Shown here piece by piece: positions 37,626 through 51,056 of a stretch of DNA of 64,000 nt (position 1 is the stretch's first letter; each line of letters begins with the position of its first letter). Under the pieces are notes generated by a model that saw only the letters and a list, made by a program, of their open reading frames with translations, was not told the origin of the DNA and ran no database searches. The position numbers and the translations under genes were made by a program. Location: contig JAIBAI010000004.1 in the NCBI GenBank assembly GCA_019695235.1, forward strand, positions 23,111 to 87,110, given 5' to 3'. The stretch is from Bacteroidia bacterium. GTDB taxonomy: Bacteria > Bacteroidota > Bacteroidia > M30B66.

Positions 37626-39661
37626 TAGCGCTGTGTTAAAGCCTGGGCCTGGTGATTCTTCAAACCTTCCTTCAGAAAGCCGAGGAAAGCATCTTTATCT
37701 GAGTAGCCTACCGGATTATTCAGTACCTTTAAATCAGGTGAAAGCAACACATAATAGGGCTGAGCATTGGCCTTGAAATTTACCAATTGCAGATTACTCC
37801 ATTTTGCCCCTACGCTCTCTACACGTTTACCTGAATAACATGAAACAAACTTTTCTTCTGCTGGCAGCTCTTTCTTTTCATCCACGTAAAGTGAAACGAG
37901 AATGTAATTTTCACTCATCATTTTCTTCACTTCCGGATCTACCCAAACCCCTTCTTCCATCCGGCGACAATTGACACAAGCCCATCCGGTAAAATCAATC
38001 AGCAGTGGTTTGCGTTCTCTTACCGAGCGTTCGCGTGCCTTCTCAAAATCATTTTCACAAGGTATACCGTGCGGACAATGCGTAGTATTGTCATCAGCCA
38101 CTTCAGTGGCTTTGTGTCTTTCACCTTCGTAGCTGTAAAACAAAGGTGGCGGGAACCCGGAAATCAGCTTCAGGTTGGCTCCGAATACACCAGCAGTGAA
38201 ATAGATACCTCCGGCAAAAAACAACAGGCTCAGTGCGATTCTGACAGGACTGTATTTTTTCACCGGGCTGTCATGCGGAAAGCGGAACACCCCAAGTAAG
38301 TACAAACCCAAGGCGAAGGCTAGTAATGACCAGATATACAAAAATGTTTCCCGTTTTAACAAGCCCCACTGCTCTACAAGGTCTGCATTCGACAAGAATT
38401 TCACAGCAAGCCCCAGCTCCAGAAAACCCAAAACTACTTTTACTGAATTAAGCCAGCCGCCACTTTTGGGGAGTGTATTCAGCCAGGCCGGAAATGCAGC
38501 GAACAATGCAAAGGGGAAGCCAAGAGCTACACCAAAACCCAGCATGACAAACAAAATATTGTAGGGGTCAGGATTGGTTGCCAGCGTTCCGGCAAGGAAC
38601 GTTCCCAGAATTGGGCCGGTGCAACTAAACGAAACCAATGCCAATACGATGGCCATGAAGAAGATACCCATCACACCTCCGACATTTGAGGCTTTATCGG
38701 CCTTATTTGCGAATGATGATGGCAGTGAAATTTCGTAGTACCCAAAGAAGGAAATAGCAAACGCTACAAATACCACAAAAAACACCAGGTTAAGGATTGA
38801 ATTGGTGGCAATGGCATTCAGCGTATCCGGCGGTATTTTTGCTACTACAAAAGGTACTGCTATCAGGGTGTAAATTGCTGCAATTGACAATCCATACAAA
38901 CTCGCCATCAGCAAGCCTTTTTTACGACCGGTGGCATTTTTCGTAAAGAAACTTACAGTCAATGGAATCATTGGAAACACGCATGGTGTAAGCAATGCAA
39001 GCAGCCCCCCGCCTATTCCGAGTAAAAATATCAACCAATATGATTTCGCTTCTTCTTTTTTCTGTTCAACATGCAGCCCATCAATAACATAATCTTTGCA
39101 GGTATTAGGTGAAACCACTGCACTTGGCCCGGGTGCCGGTGATATTGTATCGCCCGGAGTTGCAACAGGCAGCGCTGCCGAAGTCTCCGAATTTTGAAGT
39201 TTATTTCCTTCAATCTTAAAGGTAAAAGCTACCTGATCAAATGGAATACATCCCTCGTCGTTGCAAGTCATCCCGCTTATTTCACCCTTCAAGTCAAAAG
39301 CTTGTGAGGTACGTATACGAACTTCCTGCTTGAACATAACAGTTTCTTGCTTAAAAACGCTGACATTAACGCCAAACAACTCATCAAAAGTTGTTACCGG
39401 TTTTGGTTCAACCACCTTCCCAACCAACTGATATCCGGTGTTTTTAATAAAATCAAATTTTGTTGGCAGGGGTCCGCCCTCAGGAGTATACTGCGAATAG
39501 ATACCATAACCTTTATCAAGTTTTGCAGTGAACACCAAAACACTTGTTGAGTCGTTTTTGCGCTCTTGTTTGTATGACCATGTAACCGGATTAAGAATTT
39601 GGGCTCCCAGCCAGGAAACAGAAAGAAAAAGTAAACAAACGCTGGTGATGATTTTCTTCAT
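37625..39661 (-). CDS. dsbD: thiol:disulfide interchange protein DsbD (membrane electron transporter with C-terminal thioredoxin domain)
   Basis: Signal peptide and N-terminal periplasmic domain, then a polytopic core with a Cys pair. C-terminal thioredoxin-like domain with WACVNC (CxxC). Confidence 0.85.
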   Translation of the reverse strand: MKKIITSVCLLFLSVSWLGAQILNPVTWSYKQERKNDSTSVLVFTAKLDKGYGIYSQYTPEGGPLPTKFDFIKNTGYQLVGKVVEPKPVTTFDELFGVNVSVFKQETVMFKQEVRIRTSQAFDLKGEISGMTCNDEGCIPFDQVAFTFKIEGNKLQNSETSAALPVATPGDTISPAPGPSAVVSPNTCKDYVIDGLHVEQKKEEAKSYWLIFLLGIGGGLLALLTPCVFPMIPLTVSFFTKNATGRKKGLLMASLYGLSIAAIYTLIAVPFVVAKIPPDTLNAIATNSILNLVFFVVFVAFAISFFGYYEISLPSSFANKADKASNVGGVMGIFFMAIVLALVSFSCTGPILGTFLAGTLATNPDPYNILFVMLGFGVALGFPFALFAAFPAWLNTLPKSGGWLNSVKVVLGFLELGLAVKFLSNADLVEQWGLLKRETFLYIWSLLAFALGLYLLGVFRFPHDSPVKKYSPVRIALSLLFFAGGIYFTAGVFGANLKLISGFPPPLFYSYEGERHKATEVADDNTTHCPHGIPCENDFEKARERSVRERKPLLIDFTGWACVNCRRMEEGVWVDPEVKKMMSENYILVSLYVDEKKELPAEEKFVSCYSGKRVESVGAKWSNLQLVNFKANAQPYYVLLSPDLKVLNNPVGYSDKDAFLGFLKEGLKNHQAQALTQR

Positions 39662-39663
39662 AA

Positions 39664-41292
39664 TTATTTTTTATTCGGTTCAGCAGTTACAACTTTTCCT
39701 GACTCCAGTACTTCTATAGCCTTTCTCACAGTTTTATCTGTTGCACTTGCTACCTGGTAATAACCGTTATAGCCGTACAAATTCCGTGCTAACATTGCCT
39801 TTAACTGCGTCAGCATGAATTCAGATGAGTTGCTTTTCAAATGCAGTGGCTGCTTGACACCTTGCTTATCAAGATATTGATAAAAGCCTGTTACCAAAGC
39901 ATTTGCATCATATTTTTGGGCAAAAACACCTGCATCGGGATAGGCAGCCATGATTTGTTTCCGGTGCTCATCAGCAAAAGCAAAGGTATAGGTACTAAAA
40001 TGCCCGCCGGATGCAATCTCGGTCACAAATCCACTATACCCACTGGTGTCAATAGCAACAAAAATATCTGGCATGATGCCGCCTCCTCCATACACCACAC
40101 GTCCCGATGGTGTTTTATAAGCAATGCTATCATGCTGCAGGGTATCGGGATGCTCCATCTCTCCATTGCTATACCGGTCAGCTAATTCGTGGTAATATGC
40201 TTCCTTTCCTTTCTGATACGGGCGTTGAATGCAGCGACCTGTAGGAGTGTAATATCTGGCAATTGTCAATCGCATAGCACTGCCATCGTCAAACTGCACC
40301 TCTTCCTGTACCAGGCCTTTTCCAAATGAGCGACGGCCAATTATCCAGCCCCGGTCGTTGTCTTGAACAGCACCTGCAACAATTTCCGAAGCCGAAGCCG
40401 AGCCTTCATCAATCAGAACAGCAAGGCTTCCGGTTTCAAATTTCCCCTGTGAAGTAGCGTTGAAATCTTCCCTCTTACGTGCCTTTCCCTGGGTATATAC
40501 AATCTTTTTCCCACTTGCCAAAAACTCATCTGAGAGGCTCACAGCCGCATTCAGGAAGCCTCCGGGATTGTCGCGTAAATCAAGAATAAGCTTACGCATA
40601 CCTTGTGCTTTAAGCTCCTTAAACGCCTTTTGGTACTCTTCAAAAGTGGTCGCTGAAAAACGACTAATCCGGATGTACCCGATGTCTTTGCTGATTATGT
40701 GATGGGCATCAAGGCTGTAAAGCGGAATCTTGCCTCTGGTAATGGTGTATTCACGTGTGCGCTTGATTGAAGGCCGAAAAACCCCCACCTTTACTTTTGT
40801 ACCACTTTTACCACGTAATTGCTTGACAACCTGTTCGTTGCGGATGCCATTTCCGGCTACATTCTTTCCTTCAATCGCTACTATCCGGTCTCCTGAACGA
40901 ATACCCAATGATTCAGAAGGCCCCCCTGAAATTGCAGCTACCACCATAATCGTGTCGCGCTGGATATTGAATTCGATGCCAATACCGTCAAAATTCCCTT
41001 CCAGAGGCTCCTTCATTTGTTCTAACTCAGAAGCAGGGATATACGAAGAATGGGGGTCTAACTGCTGCAACAGGCTCACCACTGCTTCATCTTCCAATTC
41101 ACCAGGGTTAATGGTATCAACATATTCAGCCTCGATATATTTCAGAATATCGCGAATCTTATCTGACTTTGTTTTGCCGGATACTTTTCCATTTCCACTT
41201 GTAAAACTGCCTATGAGCAGACCCAGTGCTATAGCAGCACCAGCCACAAGCGGAATAAGCACTTTATTGTAGGTTGCTTGGGCCGACATCAA
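39664..41292 (-). CDS. carboxyl-terminal processing protease (S41 family, PDZ-containing)
   Basis: PDZ-like GIGIEF...GGPSE...GDRIV, and S41 catalytic region LILDLRDNPGGFL. 542 aa. Confidence 0.85.
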   Translation of the reverse strand: MMSAQATYNKVLIPLVAGAAIALGLLIGSFTSGNGKVSGKTKSDKIRDILKYIEAEYVDTINPGELEDEAVVSLLQQLDPHSSYIPASELEQMKEPLEGNFDGIGIEFNIQRDTIMVVAAISGGPSESLGIRSGDRIVAIEGKNVAGNGIRNEQVVKQLRGKSGTKVKVGVFRPSIKRTREYTITRGKIPLYSLDAHHIISKDIGYIRISRFSATTFEEYQKAFKELKAQGMRKLILDLRDNPGGFLNAAVSLSDEFLASGKKIVYTQGKARKREDFNATSQGKFETGSLAVLIDEGSASASEIVAGAVQDNDRGWIIGRRSFGKGLVQEEVQFDDGSAMRLTIARYYTPTGRCIQRPYQKGKEAYYHELADRYSNGEMEHPDTLQHDSIAYKTPSGRVVYGGGGIMPDIFVAIDTSGYSGFVTEIASGGHFSTYTFAFADEHRKQIMAAYPDAGVFAQKYDANALVTGFYQYLDKQGVKQPLHLKSNSSEFMLTQLKAMLARNLYGYNGYYQVASATDKTVRKAIEVLESGKVVTAEPNKK

Positions 41293-41801
41293 TCATTAAG
41301 CTTAGTGGTGAATGGTTGTTCAGTGTTTCCAGTTGGTACGGCAGGTTCGTACCGTTCAACATCAACACCAAATTTTCGAAGAAACTCAACGCCTTCGTCT
41401 GAAGCAATGCCTTTGTAATCAGCATAAGAATCACGAAAAAAAACTTTTCGAATACCTACCGAGTAGATAATCCGTGCACAGGCAAGGCAAGGTGATAGGG
41501 TAACGTACAAGGTACTTCCGTCAATTTCTGTTTTGTTTTTTGCTGCATATAAGATAGCATTTGCCTCTGCGTGGAGCGCAAGATAGCAGCTACCTTTCCT
41601 GTCTTTCTCACAGCCTGTTTCCGGCCATTCTTCGTCGCAATTATGAGTACCTGCCGGCGGACCATTATACCCCAATGAAATAATGCGGGTATCTCTCGTT
41701 AAAACTGCACCAACCTGCTTTCTAACACAATGTGAACGCAAGGCAAGGCTGGATGCCAGATTCATGTATATTTCGTCAAAACTTGGGCTGGGTATCTTCA
41801 T
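41289..41801 (-). CDS. dCMP/cytidine deaminase family protein
   Basis: HAEANAI...TLSPCLACARII zinc-binding motifs (HAE...PCxxC). 170 aa. Confidence 0.8.
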   Translation of the reverse strand: MKIPSPSFDEIYMNLASSLALRSHCVRKQVGAVLTRDTRIISLGYNGPPAGTHNCDEEWPETGCEKDRKGSCYLALHAEANAILYAAKNKTEIDGSTLYVTLSPCLACARIIYSVGIRKVFFRDSYADYKGIASDEGVEFLRKFGVDVERYEPAVPTGNTEQPFTTKLND

Positions 41802-41870
41802 GTTAAAATGCCCGCAAAATTACCAAAAACCAATGAAAGCATAGTTGTATTACTTGAGGGCTTTGTCTTT

Positions 41871-42461
41871 TCATGAAAGCAAAATTTCAATGAATTCAGC
41901 AAATGAAAAGGCTGGAGCAAAATCAGGGCCGGGAATTTCTTCAGAAAGTATTTCCAGGTACAATGGGCGTTCGTCAATATACTTGATTTGCAGGGTGATA
42001 ATTCCATATAGCTGCTCTTGCCGCGAATTGCCAATAAAGACAGGGCTTGCAGGACGTAAAACATGCTTTTCTGTTTTCTCAATGTATCCAAGTCTTTCAA
42101 CGATCTTTCTGTCACTCAGGTACGACTGATAGCCCAGTTTTAAGGTACATTCTTTAAAGTAGTCCATCAAAAAAGGGAATAAATCTTTACCAAAACTATC
42201 CAGATAGTGTATAAGCAAACGTTTCCGGCTTTCCTCCTGAAAAACATGCAATGGCATTTCCCCGTCAATTCCTAAATTGCCGAATGTGAAAGAGGTGTAC
42301 AGGTTTTTCAGCGGCTCTTTATGCCGATGTAACTTCAGCCATTTCTGGTACATAAGCCTGAACGACTGTGGCCTGACCAACATCTCATGCCGCACCTGAT
42401 TCAGGTTGTTTTCCGGAAGGTAAAATAATTGCCTGACAAATTTTACAATGCCGCTAACCAT
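41871..42461 (-). CDS. hypothetical protein (196 aa)
   Basis: Fills the gap in a long co-directional minus-strand gene array. No recognisable motif. Overlapping alternative-frame ORFs are shorter. Confidence 0.4.
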   Translation of the reverse strand: MVSGIVKFVRQLFYLPENNLNQVRHEMLVRPQSFRLMYQKWLKLHRHKEPLKNLYTSFTFGNLGIDGEMPLHVFQEESRKRLLIHYLDSFGKDLFPFLMDYFKECTLKLGYQSYLSDRKIVERLGYIEKTEKHVLRPASPVFIGNSRQEQLYGIITLQIKYIDERPLYLEILSEEIPGPDFAPAFSFAEFIEILLS

Positions 42462-42527
42462 GCGTAAATTTACAAAAGATACCTGTTCAAATGAATGAAC
42501 GTTTATCTTGAAGGAATGTTTTGCTCC

Positions 42528-43382
42528 TTAAGACCTGCTTGCGTCAGTCACATTCTTAACCTCATTGCTTCTTTCAAGCATCCGGTGGAGCATGGTGGCG
42601 TCCTTCTTATTGACCAATCTTTTAAACAACTCAAGTTCAGCTATATACAAATCAATTGCTTCACTCACATGGCTGGCATTTTGGGTAAAGATGGGGGCCC
42701 ACATGTCAGGCGAGCTCTTGGCCAAACGGGTGAGTGATGCAAAACCGCTTCCTGCCAGGCGGAACAAAAATTGTGAATCTTTTTCAGCTTCCAGAACAGT
42801 ATTCACCATCGCAAATGAAATTACGTGCGGCAAGTGCGAAACGTATGCCAGATGCACATCATGCTCGCGGGCTTCCATATACATCAGGTTCATATTGAGC
42901 GTTTTAAAGAGCACCTCTGCTACTTGCAAGGCTTTGGCAGCGCTTAACTCTTTCTCGCAGATGATGGTCGTTTTATTATCAAAAAGGTTGTTGACAGCCG
43001 CAGCGGGACCACTTTTTTCTGTTCCGGCAATCGGATGCGCCGCCACATATTGTTGTCTTTTGGGATGCGTTTTTACTGCCTGACATATCTGTTCCTTCGT
43101 ACTTCCAAAATCAACTACTACCGTTTGGGAGTCAATATTGTTTAGAATTTGAGGTAAAAGTGCTGTAATAGCGCTCACCGGAACAGTCACCAGCACCAGT
43201 TCTGCACCTTTTACGGCAAGCTCCATGGTACTTATGGTATCCACAATGCCCAGCTCAAGAGCATCCTGCGCATTTTTCTCATCCACATCGTTTCCGGTGA
43301 TGTAGGTGGCAAAGCCACGTTCTTTAAGGTCTTTCGCCAATGACCCTCCGATTAGGCCCAAACCTATAACAGCTATTTTCAT
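42528..43382 (-). CDS. tyrA: prephenate dehydrogenase
   Basis: N-terminal Rossmann fold (MKIAVIGLGLIGGSLAKDL) and overall TyrA-like organisation. 284 aa. Confidence 0.8.
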   Translation of the reverse strand: MKIAVIGLGLIGGSLAKDLKERGFATYITGNDVDEKNAQDALELGIVDTISTMELAVKGAELVLVTVPVSAITALLPQILNNIDSQTVVVDFGSTKEQICQAVKTHPKRQQYVAAHPIAGTEKSGPAAAVNNLFDNKTTIICEKELSAAKALQVAEVLFKTLNMNLMYMEAREHDVHLAYVSHLPHVISFAMVNTVLEAEKDSQFLFRLAGSGFASLTRLAKSSPDMWAPIFTQNASHVSEAIDLYIAELELFKRLVNKKDATMLHRMLERSNEVKNVTDASRS

Positions 43383-43479
43383 CCGGCAAAGATAATGTCA
43401 GTTGAAAGGAGATTTGATTGCTAAAAAAGATTGAAAACTTAAAAAAATAAAGCATTTCAGATTTCGCATCTTTGCCCTT

Positions 43480-45951
43480 ATGGAGCAACAGACACTTTTT
43501 GTTGAAGTGGTATTACCCCTACCATTGCCCCGTATGTTTACTTATCGGGTTCCGAACCTGCTGCGCCATGAAGTGAAACTGCTGCAAAGGGTAATAGTTC
43601 CATTTGGCAAGAACAAGCGTTACACGGCAATCATTTGGGAAATTCATGAACAACCTCCTAAAGAATACGAAGCACGTTATATAGATCAGTGCCTTGATGA
43701 AGAGCCAATTTTAAACACGGTTCAAAAAGGTTTTTGGGAGTGGATGGCCGCCTATTACATCTGTTCTGTTGGTGATGTAATGCAGGCTGCTTTACCTTCA
43801 GGGCTGAAGCTCTCAAGTGAAACAAAGATTTTGCCCTACCCTCAGGCTGAAGAACAGGAGCTCAATGAACGTGAACACCTCATCATGGAGGCACTTGAAA
43901 AGCTGGGCGAATTATCATTGCCGGATATCGAAAAGATGCTGGGCATTAAGACAATTTATCCCCTGCTCCGCTCAATGATGGAAAAACGGCTCATAGTATC
44001 TGCCGAAGAAATGCAGGAGAAATTTAAGCCCAGGGTAGAAATTTGGGTACATCTTGACCAAACATATTACAGCGAAGCAGCATTAAACCACCTGCTGACC
44101 AGTCTCAAACGGGCACCGCGTCAGCAAGAGGTTTTACTGGCATTTTTAAGTATGCCCGGAAATCATAGCCCTGAAAATATTGTTGCGGTTAAACGCTCAG
44201 ATTTGCTCAACAAATCGGCTGGTTTGCAGGCTGCCTTGCTTCAGGCTGTAAAGAAAGGTATCTTTCACCTTGAAGAGCGTGTGGTAAGCCGCCTTGGCGG
44301 CGAACAGGCAAGCCCGGTTCAAATAAACCTGAGTGAAGCACAACAGGCAGCACTCGAAAGCATCAGGCTTCATTTTACCTCACAAATGCCGGTACTGCTA
44401 TATGGGCATACCGGAAGCGGGAAAACAGAGGTTTATATCCGATTGATTGAAGAACAACTAAAGGCCGGAAAACAAGTCTTGTATTTATTGCCAGAAATAG
44501 CACTTACTGCACAGATTATCAACCGATTGCGCAGGTTTTTTGGCCGAAAGGTACAGGTGTATCACAGCCGTTTTAGTGAAAATGAACGGGTAGAGGTGTG
44601 GAACATGGTCGCAACAGGTGATTTGCATACCGGCAGCTTGATTTTAGGCGCACGCTCATCTCTGTTCCTCCCCTTTCGCAACCTGGGTCTGGTTATCATT
44701 GACGAAGAGCATGAACCTTCATTTAAGCAAAATGAACCTTCGCCTCGTTACCATGCCCGCGATGCAGCTATTTACCTTGCCCGGTTAAGCAAGGCGCAGG
44801 TCGTTCTGGGCTCTGCAACACCTTCGTTTGAGTCGTTTTACAACGCCCAGCAAGGCAAGTATGCAATGGTGCGCCTTGAAGAGCGGTATGGCGGGGCATC
44901 GCTGCCACAAATTACCCTTGTGAACCTAAAAGCGGAAACCATGAAACGTCGGATGAACGGATTGTTCTCAGGTTTTCTGCTCAACGAGCTCAAACAGGTG
45001 CTTGAGCAGGGAGGTCAGGCGATATTGTTCAGGAACCGCAGGGGATTCGCCCCTATGCTCAAATGCAATAAATGCCAATGGGTACCCGAATGCGTTCAAT
45101 GTGACATCAGCCTTACCTACCATAAAACAATCCACCAGTTGCGTTGTCACTACTGTGGCTACAGCATTAACGTGCCTTCATCGTGTGGCAATTGTGGTTC
45201 AACTGACTTACGCATGTTGGGCTTCGGCACTGAAAAAATCGAGGAAGAATTAAATGCATTCCTCCCGGGTATCTCAACCCAGAGAATGGATTTGGATACC
45301 ACCCGTTCAAAATTTTCATATCACCGGATTATTGATGATTTTGAACAACAAAGGGTACAGGTACTCATTGGCACCCAGATGATCAGTAAAGGGTTAGACT
45401 TCTCGAACGTTCGTTTGGTAGGTATTCTAAATGCCGATGCCATGTTGAATTATCCGGATTTCAGAGCTTATGAAAGAAGCTTTCAGTTGCTCACGCAGGT
45501 TGCCGGAAGAGCAGGCAGAAGCACCCAGGCCGGGAAGGTAATTATTCAAACCTGGAATCCTGACCACCCTGTACTTAGCCTGGTTCAGTCGCATCGTTTT
45601 GATGACCTCTATGCGCTTGAAATACCTGAGCGAAAAAAGTTTTACTACCCTCCATTTTGCCGCTTGATTCAGCTTACCCTAAAGCATGAACAGGCGGCAA
45701 TGCTCGATGAAGCAGCCGATTCACTGGCAGAAACACTGCGCGCAACTTTCGGCAAACGTATCTTAGGCCCTGAATATCCAGCCATACCACGTGTACGCAA
45801 CTATTACCAAAAACGTTTGCTTCTAAAAATCGAACCAGAAGCTTCAGCTCCGAAAATCAAGCTGCGTTTACACGAAATAACCTCAGCATTTTTTAGCAAG
45901 TTTCCGTTAAAACATTTCCGGATTGTATTGGATGTTGACCCGGTTTATTGA
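43480..45951 (+). CDS. priA: primosomal protein N' (replication restart helicase PriA)
   Basis: Walker A (GHTGSGKTEVY), DEEH box (IIDEEHEPSFKQ), and a Cys4 zinc-binding region (CNKCQW...CVQCD...CHYCG...CGNCG). 823 aa. Confidence 0.9.
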   Translation: MEQQTLFVEVVLPLPLPRMFTYRVPNLLRHEVKLLQRVIVPFGKNKRYTAIIWEIHEQPPKEYEARYIDQCLDEEPILNTVQKGFWEWMAAYYICSVGDVMQAALPSGLKLSSETKILPYPQAEEQELNEREHLIMEALEKLGELSLPDIEKMLGIKTIYPLLRSMMEKRLIVSAEEMQEKFKPRVEIWVHLDQTYYSEAALNHLLTSLKRAPRQQEVLLAFLSMPGNHSPENIVAVKRSDLLNKSAGLQAALLQAVKKGIFHLEERVVSRLGGEQASPVQINLSEAQQAALESIRLHFTSQMPVLLYGHTGSGKTEVYIRLIEEQLKAGKQVLYLLPEIALTAQIINRLRRFFGRKVQVYHSRFSENERVEVWNMVATGDLHTGSLILGARSSLFLPFRNLGLVIIDEEHEPSFKQNEPSPRYHARDAAIYLARLSKAQVVLGSATPSFESFYNAQQGKYAMVRLEERYGGASLPQITLVNLKAETMKRRMNGLFSGFLLNELKQVLEQGGQAILFRNRRGFAPMLKCNKCQWVPECVQCDISLTYHKTIHQLRCHYCGYSINVPSSCGNCGSTDLRMLGFGTEKIEEELNAFLPGISTQRMDLDTTRSKFSYHRIIDDFEQQRVQVLIGTQMISKGLDFSNVRLVGILNADAMLNYPDFRAYERSFQLLTQVAGRAGRSTQAGKVIIQTWNPDHPVLSLVQSHRFDDLYALEIPERKKFYYPPFCRLIQLTLKHEQAAMLDEAADSLAETLRATFGKRILGPEYPAIPRVRNYYQKRLLLKIEPEASAPKIKLRLHEITSAFFSKFPLKHFRIVLDVDPVY

Positions 45952-46077
45952 GTAAAGAGGCTCACACCCTATTCGTTGCTAAATATCTGGCATAATCATT
46001 CGACAAAATATCCTTCAATTTATTCACAAATAATTGGGATTTTAAATATTTTTTATATTTTGCAGAGAAAATATCCT

Positions 46078-46317
46078 ATGAGAAAGGTATTTTTTGTGTT
46101 TTTAAAAAGAATGAAAATCACGCATTTGGTTTTCACCGGCATACAATTGTTACTTCTGTTTGCTGGAATAATTCTTGCAGGCCGTTTTTCAGCAATTCTT
46201 CCAGATACAGAGCATCGTCAATTTCTAAGAATTGTGTGCCTTCTTGCATTGGTAACATCATTCAGCAGCGGTCAGATGTTTTTGCGACAACATTTGTACG
46301 AAATAAAAGATGCTTAA
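46078..46317 (+). CDS. possible small membrane protein (~79 aa)
   Basis: Hydrophobic ORF (MRKVFFVFLKRMKITHLVFTGIQLLLLFAGIILAG...) in a 600-bp AT-rich spacer. Weak evidence. Confidence 0.2.
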   Translation: MRKVFFVFLKRMKITHLVFTGIQLLLLFAGIILAGRFSAILPDTEHRQFLRIVCLLALVTSFSSGQMFLRQHLYEIKDA

Positions 46318-46564
46318 GGAATACCTCAAAAGCTACACACCTATAGCCATTTTATTTTTATCAGGTCATGTATTTGGATGATATCCAACCTGATTACATT
46401 CTTTTGTATGCTTATTCAGGCTGATGTGTTTGTTTATACCTTCGCTGTACTGATGATATTTCTTAGCAACCTTCATTTCCCATTTCAGAAACAGGTACTG
46501 CGTGATTTAAAACTTAGTCACCGCGAAATTCACCTCTTACGCGAGACAAGTTCTTTTGCCTGAC

Positions 46565-47242
46565 TTAGCCATTCTGTCTTTCACCCAGCAACCACTCTGT
46601 GGCCAATTGCGTTAAAACTGCTACCTTTTCTTCAGCAAATTTTAAGGTCATACTCCCATCAAAAGCTTCTTTTGCCTCAACGGTCATCACCAGACCCAGG
46701 CTAATGCCCTTGCGACTTAAGAAACGTAAAAAGTCATCGGTTGAATTTACCACCGCACAAAGGCGGAGCTTGTCGCCTGGCTGACATTCGCTCAGCTTCG
46801 AGAAATGAATTTTCTCAATGTTCCCTTCCCGGTCAGGGATAGGAGAACCATGCGGGTCAATTTTGGGATACCCAAGCATTTCATCCATGCGTGAAAAAAA
46901 TGCTGGTGCGTGAATATGTTCTATCTGTTCAGCAATCTGATGCACTTCATCCCAGCCAAAACCCATTACCTGTACCAGATACATTTCAGTGAGCCTGTGC
47001 TTGCGGATAATTTTACCGGCAGCCGATTCACCAGCCTTTGTAAGCCTGAGTGGCTTATAGCTCTCATAATTTACCAGCCCCTTCTCAGATAACTTTTTCA
47101 TCATGCTGGTAACCGTAGGCATTTTAATGCCTAAATGCTTTGACAACTCATTCACATTGACCTCTCCCCGCTCATTTGCCAGATTATATAAGGTCTTCAG
47201 ATAGTTTTCTTCCGCCAATGAATTCATGCACCAAACATACAA
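46565..47242 (-). CDS. DtxR/MntR-family metal-dependent transcriptional repressor with C-terminal FeoA-like domain
   Basis: HTH (LGIKMPTVTSMMKKLSEKGLV) and metal-binding/dimerisation blocks (RKHRLTEMYLVQVMGFGWDEVHQIAEQIEHI). 225 aa. Confidence 0.8.
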   Translation of the reverse strand: MYVWCMNSLAEENYLKTLYNLANERGEVNVNELSKHLGIKMPTVTSMMKKLSEKGLVNYESYKPLRLTKAGESAAGKIIRKHRLTEMYLVQVMGFGWDEVHQIAEQIEHIHAPAFFSRMDEMLGYPKIDPHGSPIPDREGNIEKIHFSKLSECQPGDKLRLCAVVNSTDDFLRFLSRKGISLGLVMTVEAKEAFDGSMTLKFAEEKVAVLTQLATEWLLGERQNG

Positions 47243-47311
47243 AATTCAAACACCTTCGCCGCAATTCAGGCAAATACCTGTCAATTTCAACCGATAGTAT
47301 AAGTTTGCAGT

Positions 47312-51035
<3,724 letters not shown>

Positions 51036-51056
51036 CCCAATACTACCTCTGCGGGC

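Noticed and set aside
41798-42129. Alternative ORFs 41798-42115 (-) and 41845-42129 (+) overlapping the 196-aa hypothetical gene
   Set aside because: They are shorter, mutually overlapping and out of register with the co-directional array. The 41871-42461 frame is the longest and is retained, at low confidence.
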